Of a stretch of 64,000 nt of DNA, positions 39,534 to 49,181 are shown piece by piece. The notes under the pieces were generated by a model. That model did not search any database. It worked only from the letters and a program-made list of their open reading frames with translations, and had not been told where the DNA came from. The position numbers and the translations under genes were made by a program. The stretch spans positions 3,758 to 67,757 of the forward strand of contig JBBIPZ010000007.1 in assembly GCA_037442505.1 (NCBI GenBank), in the 5' to 3' direction. Positions within the stretch are counted from its first letter, which is position 1; each line of letters begins with the position of its first letter. This DNA is from Deltaproteobacteria bacterium (lineage in GTDB: Bacteria; CALINM01).

Positions 39534-42005
39534 TTGGATAAGCTTAGTTTCGCACAAAACGAGATAAAAGTTAATATCGAAGACGAAGTTAAACAATCGT
39601 ACTTAGATTATGCGATGAGTGTTATAGTGGGTAGAGCATTACCTGATGCGCGTGATGGTCTAAAACCTGTACATAGAAGGATTTTGTATGCAATGTACGA
39701 CATGGGCAACGAGTGGAATAAACCTTACAAAAAATCAGCCCGAATAGTTGGAGATGTTATAGGTAAGTATCACCCACATGGCGATGCTGCTGTATATGAT
39801 GCAATTGTCAGGATGGCACAAGATTTTTCTTTGAGAATGCCATTGGTGGACGGGCAGGGAAACTTTGGTTCTATTGACGGCGATCCACCAGCAGCAATGC
39901 GTTATACTGAAATTAGAATGAAGCAGCTTGCTGGTGAACTTTTAGCAGATATAGATAAAGATACGGTTGATTTTATTCCAAACTATGATGGTTCTTTATC
40001 CGAACCAGTTGTTTTGCCAGCAAAGTTGCCTAACCTGCTAATAAATGGTTCTTCAGGTATTGCAGTAGGTATGGCGACAAACATTCCGACTCACAATTTA
40101 AGAGAATGCATAAATGCTGTCATTTATATGATAGACAATCCCGATTGTGAAATTGAAGATATTATTAGAATTATACCGGGTCCAGATTTTCCAACCGGTG
40201 CATATATTCACGGAAGGGACGAGATTGTCAAGGCTTATAAGACGGGAAAAGGCATAATTAGGATACGAGGCAAGGCAGAAGAAGAGTTGTTAAAGGGTGA
40301 TAAGCACGCAATTGTAATCACTGAAATACCTTATATGGTAAACAAAGCGGAAATGATAAAGAATATAGCTGAGCTTGTCAGGGATAAAAAATTAGAAGGT
40401 ATTTCAGAAATAAGAGATGAATCTGATAAAGATGGAATAAGGGTTGTAATAGAGTTAAAAAGGGATGCAAATGGACAGGTGTTACTTAACAATTTGTATA
40501 AATTAACAAGGTTAGAGGAATCTTTTGCTATAAACATGGTGGCGATAGTAAAAGGTCAGCCTCGCTTGCTTAACTTAAAAGAAATTCTGGAAATATTCAT
40601 TTCACATAGAAAAGAAGTGGTCATACGTAGAACAAAATTTGAACTTGCGGATGCGAGAAAAAGGGCACATATTTTAGAAGGACTTAAGAAGGCGATTGAT
40701 AACTTAGACCTCACAATTAAACTAATTAGAGAGTCAAAGTCACCAAAAGAGGCTAAAGAGTCTTTGATCCTTAACCTTGATATAACTGACGTACAGGCAC
40801 AAGCTATTATAGATATGAAGCTGGCAAGACTTACAGGGCTTGAGAGAGAAAAGATAGTCGAAGAGTTTATAAATATTATGAAGCTTATAGATGAATTGGA
40901 GTCTATTTTAAGAGAAGAAAGAAAGGTTTTTGATATTATCAAGAAAGAGTTAGAAGAGATAAAAAATAAGTATGGCGATGAAAGAAGAACAGAAATCGTT
41001 TCTTCTGGTGTAGATATTAACAAGGAAGACCTTATCGAAAGAGAAGACGTTGTAATCACACTTACTCATAAGGGCTTTATAAAAAGAACCCCGGTAACCG
41101 AATACAGCACACAGAAAAGAGGTGGTAAAGGTAAAACAGCAATAAATTTAAGAGAAAAAGATTTTATAATAGATCTCTTTATTTCTTCAACTCACGATTA
41201 TGTTCTGGCATTTACTTCTTTAGGCCGTATGTATTCTATAAAGGCTTATGAGTTTCCGGAGGCTGGCAGGAATGCCTATGGAAAAATTATTACTAACTTT
41301 TTCCAGTTGAAAGAAAACGAAAAAGTTACAAACTTAATAGCTGTCAGTGATTTTGACGTTGATAAAGACCTGTTTTTTGCAACTGAAAAGGGTGTTGTAA
41401 AAAGAACACAGTTGAGTTTTTTTAAGAACATCAGAAAAACGGGTATCAACGCTATTAACCTGCCAGAAGATGATTTTCTCATATCTGCAAATATCGTTGA
41501 TAGTGAAGACCATGTGATACTTTCTTCACGAAAAGGCAAAAGTATAAGATTTCCTATTAGTGATGTTAGAAGGGTAGGAAGGGCAGCGTATGGTGTTACA
41601 GGAATGAGTTTAGAGAAGGACGATAAGGTGGTGGCAATGGATGTGATTAAAGAAAAAACGGGAAGTTTATTAACAGTTACTACCTTGGGTTATGGCAAAC
41701 AAACAGAAATTAGCGAGTATCGTTTACAAAGTAGAGGCGGCAAAGGTATATTTACCATTAAGCTTAGCCAGAAAATTGGGGAAGTGCTGGGTGTCTTAAA
41801 AACCAATCCAGATGATGAAGTGCTTTTGATTTCAAGTTCGGGCAATATGATAAGGCTAGCCGTAAAAAATATTCCTGAATATTCGAGACAGAGTCAGGGT
41901 GTAAGGCTAATTAATCTTGCAGAAGGTGAGCAGATTGTAGCAGTTGCAAAATTTGTAGAAAAGGAGAATGGAGATGAACAAGAGCCAGAAAGTACAATAC
42001 TATAA
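39534..42005 (+). CDS. gyrA: DNA gyrase subunit A (TTG start)
   Basis: [17 protein letters not shown]...GLKPVHRR, active-site Tyr region, C-terminal beta-pinwheel repeats. 823 aa. No gyrB lies adjacent. Confidence 0.95.
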   Translation: MDKLSFAQNEIKVNIEDEVKQSYLDYAMSVIVGRALPDARDGLKPVHRRILYAMYDMGNEWNKPYKKSARIVGDVIGKYHPHGDAAVYDAIVRMAQDFSLRMPLVDGQGNFGSIDGDPPAAMRYTEIRMKQLAGELLADIDKDTVDFIPNYDGSLSEPVVLPAKLPNLLINGSSGIAVGMATNIPTHNLRECINAVIYMIDNPDCEIEDIIRIIPGPDFPTGAYIHGRDEIVKAYKTGKGIIRIRGKAEEELLKGDKHAIVITEIPYMVNKAEMIKNIAELVRDKKLEGISEIRDESDKDGIRVVIELKRDANGQVLLNNLYKLTRLEESFAINMVAIVKGQPRLLNLKEILEIFISHRKEVVIRRTKFELADARKRAHILEGLKKAIDNLDLTIKLIRESKSPKEAKESLILNLDITDVQAQAIIDMKLARLTGLEREKIVEEFINIMKLIDELESILREERKVFDIIKKELEEIKNKYGDERRTEIVSSGVDINKEDLIEREDVVITLTHKGFIKRTPVTEYSTQKRGGKGKTAINLREKDFIIDLFISSTHDYVLAFTSLGRMYSIKAYEFPEAGRNAYGKIITNFFQLKENEKVTNLIAVSDFDVDKDLFFATEKGVVKRTQLSFFKNIRKTGINAINLPEDDFLISANIVDSEDHVILSSRKGKSIRFPISDVRRVGRAAYGVTGMSLEKDDKVVAMDVIKEKTGSLLTVTTLGYGKQTEISEYRLQSRGGKGIFTIKLSQKIGEVLGVLKTNPDDEVLLISSSGNMIRLAVKNIPEYSRQSQGVRLINLAEGEQIVAVAKFVEKENGDEQEPESTIL

Positions 42006-42933
42006 GTATCTTTTAATCGTTTTTTCGATATTATTGTTGTTTGGATGTGCGGAGAGAAAAGCAAAATCAAATTACAAGGTGGCTGAGGAGTTGTTCAAAG
42101 GTGGTAGCTATAAGGATGCTGCAACAAAGTATATAGAGGTTATCAAATATGAAAAAGATATTCCGGAAGTTGAGGATTCTTATTACAAGTTAGGAATTAT
42201 CTATTCAAAGTATCTCGATGATCCAGCTTCTGCAATCTTTTATTTAGAAGAACTGATTAAGCGATTTCCAAAGGCTAATAAGATGGCTCAAGCAAGGAAG
42301 GAGATTGGTTATAGTTATCTTTATAAATTAAATAAGCCGGACAAGGCAGTTATCGAGTTTGAAACAATCGAAAAAAACTTTCCATCTGTTAGCTTTCTTG
42401 ACGAGGTAGTTTATTTAAAAGGACAAGCATATCTTGCTCAGAAAAAGTTTGACCTGGCTGAAAAAACTTACGGTAACTTTACTGTAGTATTTAAAAACTC
42501 AAAATATTCAGAAGAAGTGGAATATAAATTAGGCTTGATAAAATTAAATCTCGGCAAAGATAAAGAGGCGAATGATCTTTTAAGACAGTTTATAGAAAAA
42601 TATCCTCAATCTTCTTATATACTACTTGCTAAGTTTGACTTAGGCAATTCATACGAAAATTTGGGAGATTTAAAAAAGGCTTTAGAAGTATACAAGAGTA
42701 TCGGTGGTGATTATCCAAATCAAGAAGCTTTACATACCAAGATTTCGAAGTTAGAAGAAAGATTAAAGAAAAAATCTAAGGCAGCTATTACAAGGACACC
42801 AGCATCTATTAAAAAGGCGAGAACCAATGCAGCTACCAGGAAGGTTCAGCCTAAAAAGAGTGCAGAGAAAAATAATACAAAAAAGCGTGCAAAGAAGAAT
42901 AATACAAAAAAGACGTCAAAAAAGAAAAAGTGA
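41968..42933 (+). CDS. TPR-repeat lipoprotein with a lysine-rich C-terminal tail
   Basis: Lipobox LLFGC, several TPR-like repeats, and a C-terminal KKxxxKK tail. Overlaps the gyrA 3' end; an alternative start is at 41974. Confidence 0.55.
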   Translation: MEMNKSQKVQYYKYLLIVFSILLLFGCAERKAKSNYKVAEELFKGGSYKDAATKYIEVIKYEKDIPEVEDSYYKLGIIYSKYLDDPASAIFYLEELIKRFPKANKMAQARKEIGYSYLYKLNKPDKAVIEFETIEKNFPSVSFLDEVVYLKGQAYLAQKKFDLAEKTYGNFTVVFKNSKYSEEVEYKLGLIKLNLGKDKEANDLLRQFIEKYPQSSYILLAKFDLGNSYENLGDLKKALEVYKSIGGDYPNQEALHTKISKLEERLKKKSKAAITRTPASIKKARTNAATRKVQPKKSAEKNNTKKRAKKNNTKKTSKKKK

Positions 42934-43346
42934 AAATTACAGTCATTACTTGTGGACGAGAAAAAGAAAAAGATTTTAAAGAGTATGAAGAAGATCTGAA
43001 AAAGAGAATTTCACCTTTTGCAAAACTTTTTTTGATATACGTCACGAAGGAAGCAGATTTTCAAAAATATATACCAATAGATAGTAATTTTTTCTATCTA
43101 CTTGATGCTAAAGGTAAAGAAGTTGATTCAAACGAGTTTTCAAAGCTTTTGGATAAAAGTGAAATAACTTTTCTTATTGGACCTCCGGATGGCTTTAGCC
43201 AGACATTTAAAGAAAAATTTAAAGATAGTGCATTGCCATTATCACTTTCTCGTCTAACCTTTCCTCATCGTCTTTGCAAGCTAATATTGTTAGAGCAGAT
43301 ATATAGAGGATTTTGTATCCAGAAAAATCTTCCTTATGCAAAATAA
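42930..43346 (+). CDS. rlmH: 23S rRNA (pseudouridine1915-N3)-methyltransferase RlmH (SPOUT)
   Basis: [16 protein letters not shown]... with the family's C-terminal motif. GTG start. Confidence 0.75.
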   Translation: MKITVITCGREKEKDFKEYEEDLKKRISPFAKLFLIYVTKEADFQKYIPIDSNFFYLLDAKGKEVDSNEFSKLLDKSEITFLIGPPDGFSQTFKEKFKDSALPLSLSRLTFPHRLCKLILLEQIYRGFCIQKNLPYAK

Positions 43347-43479
43347 AATTATTGGAAATGATTTAAAATTTTCTATCAGTTTAATAACTTACCGCTATGT
43401 TGCCATGGATGTATTCCAGAGTAAGATACCTTTTAGAAAAATATCAAGCTGGAGAAGTTTAATCGTTGTTTTTTATCTT

Positions 43480-44316
43480 TTATAAATTTTGTTTTATTGC
43501 AATCCCAAGTAAAACTCGCATTTTCTTTTCATTAAGTATAGATAAAGCATTGTTGAAAATCTTGGCTGCGTCTCTATTTTTAAAAATTGGGTTCAAAAAT
43601 GCCTTTGTTTGAAGTAGTTTATTATAAAAGTTTATTGAATTTTCTGAATCATCTTCTAAATGGGTAACCTTAAAGTTAAAGCTATTCAGTATCTTGACAA
43701 AAGTAGCAAAACTACACAACTGGCTTTCCATCTCATTATCACCCCATGGCAAGGGTAGAGAGATTTTAAAAGTTTCATCTGATAAAAACCATTCGTGGAA
43801 CACAATTTTCCCGTTATCTTTTAACACCCTTGATATCTCTGATATCAAACTGTTTTTATCTAAAATATTCATATTTACATGCTGGAGCCACACTATCTCG
43901 AACGTGTTGCTTTTTAAAGGGCATAAAATTGCGTCTCCGTTTACAAAAAAAAGCCTGGTTTTATCAATCTTGCAAAGTTGAGATAATTTTTTCCCTGTCA
44001 AGCTGTATTCATGAGATAGGTCAAGATTAACCACCGCAACATTAAATTTGTTGACAAGGAAACGAGCAACCCCTCCAATACCACCACCTAATTCTAATAC
44101 GTGTTCATAACCTGTGAAAGCTGCCATACGTGAAAGTTTTTCAGTTGCTTTGAGTCCGCCTGCATGAATCTGGTCAAATCTATTTAAGATTTCCGTTGTA
44201 ATATTTTCAATTTTTTGTGATTTTAGTAACTTTTGATAATCTTCAAACAGCGTTGAATTGTTAGACCGGATATTTACCATTTGCTTAATAATAAAAAAAT
44301 CAGAATATAAAGTCAA
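43480..44316 (-). CDS. Class I SAM-dependent methyltransferase
   Basis: Motif I LELGGGIGGVARFL and a post-I acidic residue. Confidence 0.65.
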   Translation of the reverse strand: MTLYSDFFIIKQMVNIRSNNSTLFEDYQKLLKSQKIENITTEILNRFDQIHAGGLKATEKLSRMAAFTGYEHVLELGGGIGGVARFLVNKFNVAVVNLDLSHEYSLTGKKLSQLCKIDKTRLFFVNGDAILCPLKSNTFEIVWLQHVNMNILDKNSLISEISRVLKDNGKIVFHEWFLSDETFKISLPLPWGDNEMESQLCSFATFVKILNSFNFKVTHLEDDSENSINFYNKLLQTKAFLNPIFKNRDAAKIFNNALSILNEKKMRVLLGIAIKQNL

Positions 44317-44389
44317 AGAAAAGAATTCTTAGAACTTTTTTAGATTTTGACACATCCTTTTTTTATGCTAATTTTACCTTAGATTAAAA

Positions 44390-45687
44390 ATGCTTCACCA
44401 AACTCTTGTGTATGTTTTGTTTTTTTCTCAGGCTTCTCCGGACTTATTTATGAGTTGCTCTGGACTAATTATCTAAAGATGTTCCTTGGGCATTCTGCTT
44501 ATGCTCAGTCTTTAGTTTTATGTATTTTTATGTGAGGAAATGGCTTTAGGCTCATATCTGGCTGTTTTTTTTCTAAAAAAATCAAAAAACCACTTTTAAT
44601 ATATGGAATAATAGAGTTCGTAATTGGAGCTTTTGCTCTTGTTTTTCACCTAATTTTCAAGACAATGTTAGATTTTTCATATGATATTGCAATTCCGTCA
44701 ATCGATAACAGTTTTTGGATTGTAGTTTATAAAATAACCATGTCATCGTTAATAATTTTTCTACAAACAGTGTTTTTGGGAATGAAGTTTCCACTATTGA
44801 GTTGTATTATCTACACAAAAGGTTATGGAGAAAGGGCAGTGGGTTTCACCTATGCTGCAAATACTATTGGGGCTATTTTAGGCGTAATCTTTGCTGTTCA
44901 TATAGGTTTTACTTTTCTTGGCCTAAAAAATTTGTTGTTTCTTGGTATTATACTTGACATATCTTTAGGGGTAATTCTTTTTTTCAATATACAGCGAGAA
45001 AAGAAGCCAGTTTTTTCACCCAAATTAATTTCAGTTTCAAGTTGTTCTTTAATTATTATCAGCTTTACGTTTTTAAATCTTGATAAATATAAACTTGCAT
45101 CTGGTGTTTGCAGAGAAGGTGTGATATTTACCACAAAGGATTACCATTTAAATTACTATAAAGATGGTAAGATAGCGAGTATCAGTGTTGTTGGAGATGG
45201 ACAATATGTTAGTATAAGGACGAATGGTAAATCTGATTCTGCGATTGCATTGAGTGAGGCAATTTTTCCTTCTGCTGATGAATTTACATCATCTTTAGCT
45301 GCATTGATCCCATACTTTTACAAACAAGATGCAAAAAATGTAGCAGTTATTGGCTTGGGAACTGGTCTAACATCACATGTTGCCTTACTTAATCCTAAAG
45401 TATCAAAAGTTGATAGCGATTTTCATCCAATTATTGAAAGAAATGGTCCTAAGTTAAGATTTTATGGAGCAGTGGCAAGGGAGATTTTAGAACTAAATAC
45501 GGGCAGTTTGCCAATTCTGGAACTGTTATTTAATGATAGCGAAAGTATTGTTAATGATATAACTCATACTCCATATTATCAGAAATCTTTCCAAGTTTCG
45601 TTAGCCACCAAGGCAAGAGACTTTATTTTAAAAGGTAACCCCCCTTCGATTTGCCAGCAAAACTGTTTACAGATATACAAAAAATAG
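44390..45687 (+). pseudogene. Disrupted gene for a spermidine-synthase-like membrane protein (N-terminal TM domain plus a degenerate SpeE-like domain)
   Basis: MLHQTLVYVLFF (frame 2), then FSGFSGLIYELLW...SLVLCIFM (frame 0, after the T7 run at 44419-44425), an in-frame TGA at 44532-44534, then EEMALGSYLA (frame 1), then KKPLLIYGIIEFVIGAFAL (frame 0, after the T8/A7 runs at 44564-44580), continuing into the 340-aa ORF. Confidence 0.45.
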
Positions 45688-45733
45688 TTAATTTTATCGA
45701 AAATAAAGAACTGATGAGTGGTCATTTCGGGTT

Positions 45734-46000
45734 ATGTTTAATCTTTTTTCTATCTTAATTCCAAATTTACCAGAGCAAGATGTTATGTTTATTTTAGATA
45801 AAATTGAAAAAAGTAAGAACTATCAAGAACTAAATTTTTTAGAAAAATTATGGTTAAAACTTTATAGGGCTATTAAGCAACGTGATTATAAGTCTATGAC
45901 GGTTATAGTAATGCAACTGCTGGAAAAAGATAAAGCCATGCCGCCTATAGATATAGAGTACCTGATGGCAGTATATATACTGGGAAACATTGTCTTATAA
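45734..46000 (+). CDS. Hypothetical small protein (88 aa)
   Basis: ORF only. Confidence 0.25.
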   Translation: MFNLFSILIPNLPEQDVMFILDKIEKSKNYQELNFLEKLWLKLYRAIKQRDYKSMTVIVMQLLEKDKAMPPIDIEYLMAVYILGNIVL

Positions 46001-46180
46001 CGAAAAGCGGAAGTAAAAAATTATTTGCAAGCCTCAGGCCGGATTATTTCTTTAACTGAAAATAATATCATTTTTAAATATCTCAAAAGCTATTGCGAGT
46101 GATACCAATACGAGATCCTTGAAAAGACAAAATCTTAAACTGTTGATTTTTAGTTTTAGAAGTATTAATTTAAATATGGT

Positions 46181-46924
46181 ATGTCACAAATACTTCTGTT
46201 TGAAAGTGTTTCAAAAACATACAATTTAGGCATTGGGAAGAAAAGGCTCCCTGTGCTTTTTGATGTCTCTTTTTCTGTTAATAAAGGCGAAGTTTTTGGA
46301 TTTGTTGGTCCTAATGGCGCTGGAAAATCGACAACCATAAAACTCATTTTAAATCTAATCTTTCCCGATAAAGGCAGGATTGAGCTATTTGGGAAACATC
46401 CGGGCAATGTGGAAATAAAAAGAAAGATTGGTTATCTACCAGAAATACCCTATTACTATGACTATCTTACTCCTTATGAACTTGCCTGGTTTTCTGGAAA
46501 AGTGGCTGGATTGGATGATGTAAATATAAAAAAGAAGGCAGAACATCTTTTTGGCTATTTTCTCTTTGAGCCTCATACAACAAAAAAGATTAAAGAACTG
46601 TCTAAAGGAAATGCTCAAAAAGCCGGTATCATTGCAACACTCATACACGATCCAGAATTTTTAATTCTCGATGAGCCAATGACGGGTTTGGATCCTATTG
46701 GCAGGAAGCTTGTAGGAGATATGATTTTAAAATTTAAGAATGAGGGAAAAACGATTTTTCTGACATCTCATATACTATCTGATGTGGAGCGTTTTTGTGA
46801 CACTATTGCGATAATCTTTGAAGGTAAAATAAAGCTTTTAGAGTCAAAAGAAGCACTTCTGAAAACAGGTAACAGTCTTGAAGATATATTTTGTGATGTA
46901 ATTGGACTTAAAGAGGTTAAATGA
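46181..46924 (+). CDS. ABC transporter ATP-binding protein (ABC-2 type)
   Basis: Walker A GPNGAGKST, signature LSKGNAQK, Walker B ILDEP. Confidence 0.85.
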   Translation: MSQILLFESVSKTYNLGIGKKRLPVLFDVSFSVNKGEVFGFVGPNGAGKSTTIKLILNLIFPDKGRIELFGKHPGNVEIKRKIGYLPEIPYYYDYLTPYELAWFSGKVAGLDDVNIKKKAEHLFGYFLFEPHTTKKIKELSKGNAQKAGIIATLIHDPEFLILDEPMTGLDPIGRKLVGDMILKFKNEGKTIFLTSHILSDVERFCDTIAIIFEGKIKLLESKEALLKTGNSLEDIFCDVIGLKEVK

Positions 46925-47736
46925 TGCTAAGTAGAGTTTATCCTTTCATTAAGATTACTGTTCTTGATGGGATAAGAAATAGGATTGTTATAGGTGTCAT
47001 TGCTTTATCAATTATATCTTGTTTGGCAAATATAGTGATAACAAATCTCGCGGCACAGGATGTGGGAAAGGTTGCAATAGATTTTGAATTGTCTACTTTT
47101 TCAATTATGGGGCTTTTTGTAATACTATTTGCCTGTGGCAATAGCCTCTATCGGGATATTGATAAAAAAACTGTCTCTTTAGCCATCAGCAGGGCAATTT
47201 CGAGAAAAGAGTATATTTTAGGTAGATTTGTTGGTTATCTGGTAACCTTAATTTTTGTTTCTTTCATATCTACCATCATAGGATTGATTACGCTTTATTT
47301 AATAAAATTTCTTCACCCTAAACATTTCGAACAGACTTTTGGAACTGTAATTTTGGCTCATCTGTTTGCATTTATTGGTTTTTCTATGCTTTTAACTGTT
47401 TTGATACTATTTTCTTCCTTAACTACAAGTTCTTATACGGCAATATTATTAACGATAATGATCTATTTTATTGGCAATTCTATTGGTGAGTTGAGAGATT
47501 TTGCAGAGTCTTTAGCTTCTGTTGTTGCGGGATTCCCGGAGTCATTTAAGGTGATGTTAAGGATTGTTCATTTCATTGTGCCAGATTTAGGAAAATTTGA
47601 TCTAAAAGTGTTTGCAGCAAATGTCTTGCCTGTAGATATCAGTTTTATTGTATTTTCGATAGCTTATGCAGTTGTTTACTGTATGATTTTACTGCTACTT
47701 TCGATGAAAGCCTTTGAAAAGCGAGAGTTTATTTAA
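46921..47736 (+). CDS. ABC-2 family permease
   Basis: 271 aa, six TM helices. ATGA overlap with the ATPase gene. Confidence 0.7.
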   Translation: MMLSRVYPFIKITVLDGIRNRIVIGVIALSIISCLANIVITNLAAQDVGKVAIDFELSTFSIMGLFVILFACGNSLYRDIDKKTVSLAISRAISRKEYILGRFVGYLVTLIFVSFISTIIGLITLYLIKFLHPKHFEQTFGTVILAHLFAFIGFSMLLTVLILFSSLTTSSYTAILLTIMIYFIGNSIGELRDFAESLASVVAGFPESFKVMLRIVHFIVPDLGKFDLKVFAANVLPVDISFIVFSIAYAVVYCMILLLLSMKAFEKREFI

Positions 47737-47740
47737 TGCT

Positions 47741-48592
47741 ATGTTAAAATTGAGAGAAAAGTTAATCTGGCTTTTAATCATCATATTATTGCCTTTGAAC
47801 TTTTTTTTTCTTGAAACATCAAGGATAAACAAACCACATTTAAAAGAAGAGAAACTGTTTTTGCCTGAGCCTTTTCTTAAAATTTTTGCAGGTGAGTTTA
47901 ATGGGATTATTGCAGACTTTTTAATAATAAATCTTTCGTCCTATTATGGCGGTATAATAATGGAAAAAAATGAAGCGGTAGAAAGGGAGTTTGATTATAT
48001 GTATAAAGTGTTGAAGGCTGCATCTACACTGGATCCTTATTATTTTGATACCTATTACTTCACACAAACAATAATAGGCTGGGATGCAAGAAAGCCAGAA
48101 ATGGCAATAGAACTCTTAAAAATCGGGACAGAGAAAAGGGCAAAGGATTGGCTGTTACCATACTGGATAGGTTTTGATTATTACTATTTCTTAAAAAACA
48201 AAAAATTAGCAGCCCACTACTTTAAAGAAGCAGCAAGTAGACCCGGCGCAACAGATTTATTGGTTTCAATGACTGCTATAGCTGGCTATGAAGGCGGAGA
48301 GACAGAGATGGCTATACTTTTCCTCGAAGATGCGATAACAAGGGCTGATGATGAATTTAAAAGGAGAAAATTTTTAACAAGACTTGATGCTTTAAAGAAG
48401 ATATTGTTTTTAGAAAAAGCTGTAAAGGCTTATGAAGCTAAATACAGAAAAAAGCCAGAACATTTACAGGAACTTGTTATAAAAAATATAATAACTAAAA
48501 TCCCTCGAGATCCCTATGGTGGTGAGTTTTATATTGACAACGATGGGAAAATTAAAACCACAAGTAACTTACGTTTTGTAAGAAAAAAGTAA
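47741..48592 (+). CDS. Membrane-anchored hypothetical protein with helical-repeat (TPR-like) features
   Basis: N-terminal TM helix (LIWLLIIILLPLNFFFL). No SD. The track offers an alternative TTG start at 47714. Confidence 0.35.
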   Translation: MLKLREKLIWLLIIILLPLNFFFLETSRINKPHLKEEKLFLPEPFLKIFAGEFNGIIADFLIINLSSYYGGIIMEKNEAVEREFDYMYKVLKAASTLDPYYFDTYYFTQTIIGWDARKPEMAIELLKIGTEKRAKDWLLPYWIGFDYYYFLKNKKLAAHYFKEAASRPGATDLLVSMTAIAGYEGGETEMAILFLEDAITRADDEFKRRKFLTRLDALKKILFLEKAVKAYEAKYRKKPEHLQELVIKNIITKIPRDPYGGEFYIDNDGKIKTTSNLRFVRKK

Positions 48593-49181
48593 TTTTCCTT
48601 AATCATATTAGCATATAAAAGGACAAAATATTTATCTTTTACTTTTGCCAAAGGAATTAAAAAACTAAATAAGTTTATTTTTTAGTTGCAATAACTAACA
48701 TTGCCTGTCCGGTAAAGCCTTTAATTTTTCCTATCAGAAATACTATGAATCCTAAGGGTAAAAGTAATCCCATTAATATCGGTTTTATTATTTTTTGTTT
48801 CTATAAAATTTTTCATTGATAGAATTATTTTTGTTTTTAATAAACAGACCTTGAATATAAGTCCCTATGCTTTCTGTGCATTTAATTATGGAAAGTGGTT
48901 CAAATTTGACATCCAACACTTTAAATTCTTCTGAATTTAATAAATAATTAATGCTTTTTTCGTTCCATCTTGTTAGATGATGAGGTGGGTAATCCCAAGG
49001 ACAGATTTGCATTTATATACCGAATTTTTAGGCTATTATAGCACAATATTGCATAGCAGGGGCAATTTTTTTATACAAAAACAACGTCAATATAGCTTTA
49101 CAAAAATTTACAGCTATTAATATTGAAAAAAATTTAGTGTGTGCTAATATTTAAATTAAAAAAAATTATGGGAGGCAAAAA

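Noticed and set aside
44532-44534. In-frame TGA in the SpeE-like gene as possible recoding (selenocysteine, or the TGA-Gly code)
   Set aside because: TGA terminates clpB and other genes in this window, no SECIS-like hairpin follows, and the gene has two further frame changes at homopolymers. Pseudogenisation or sequence error explains it better.
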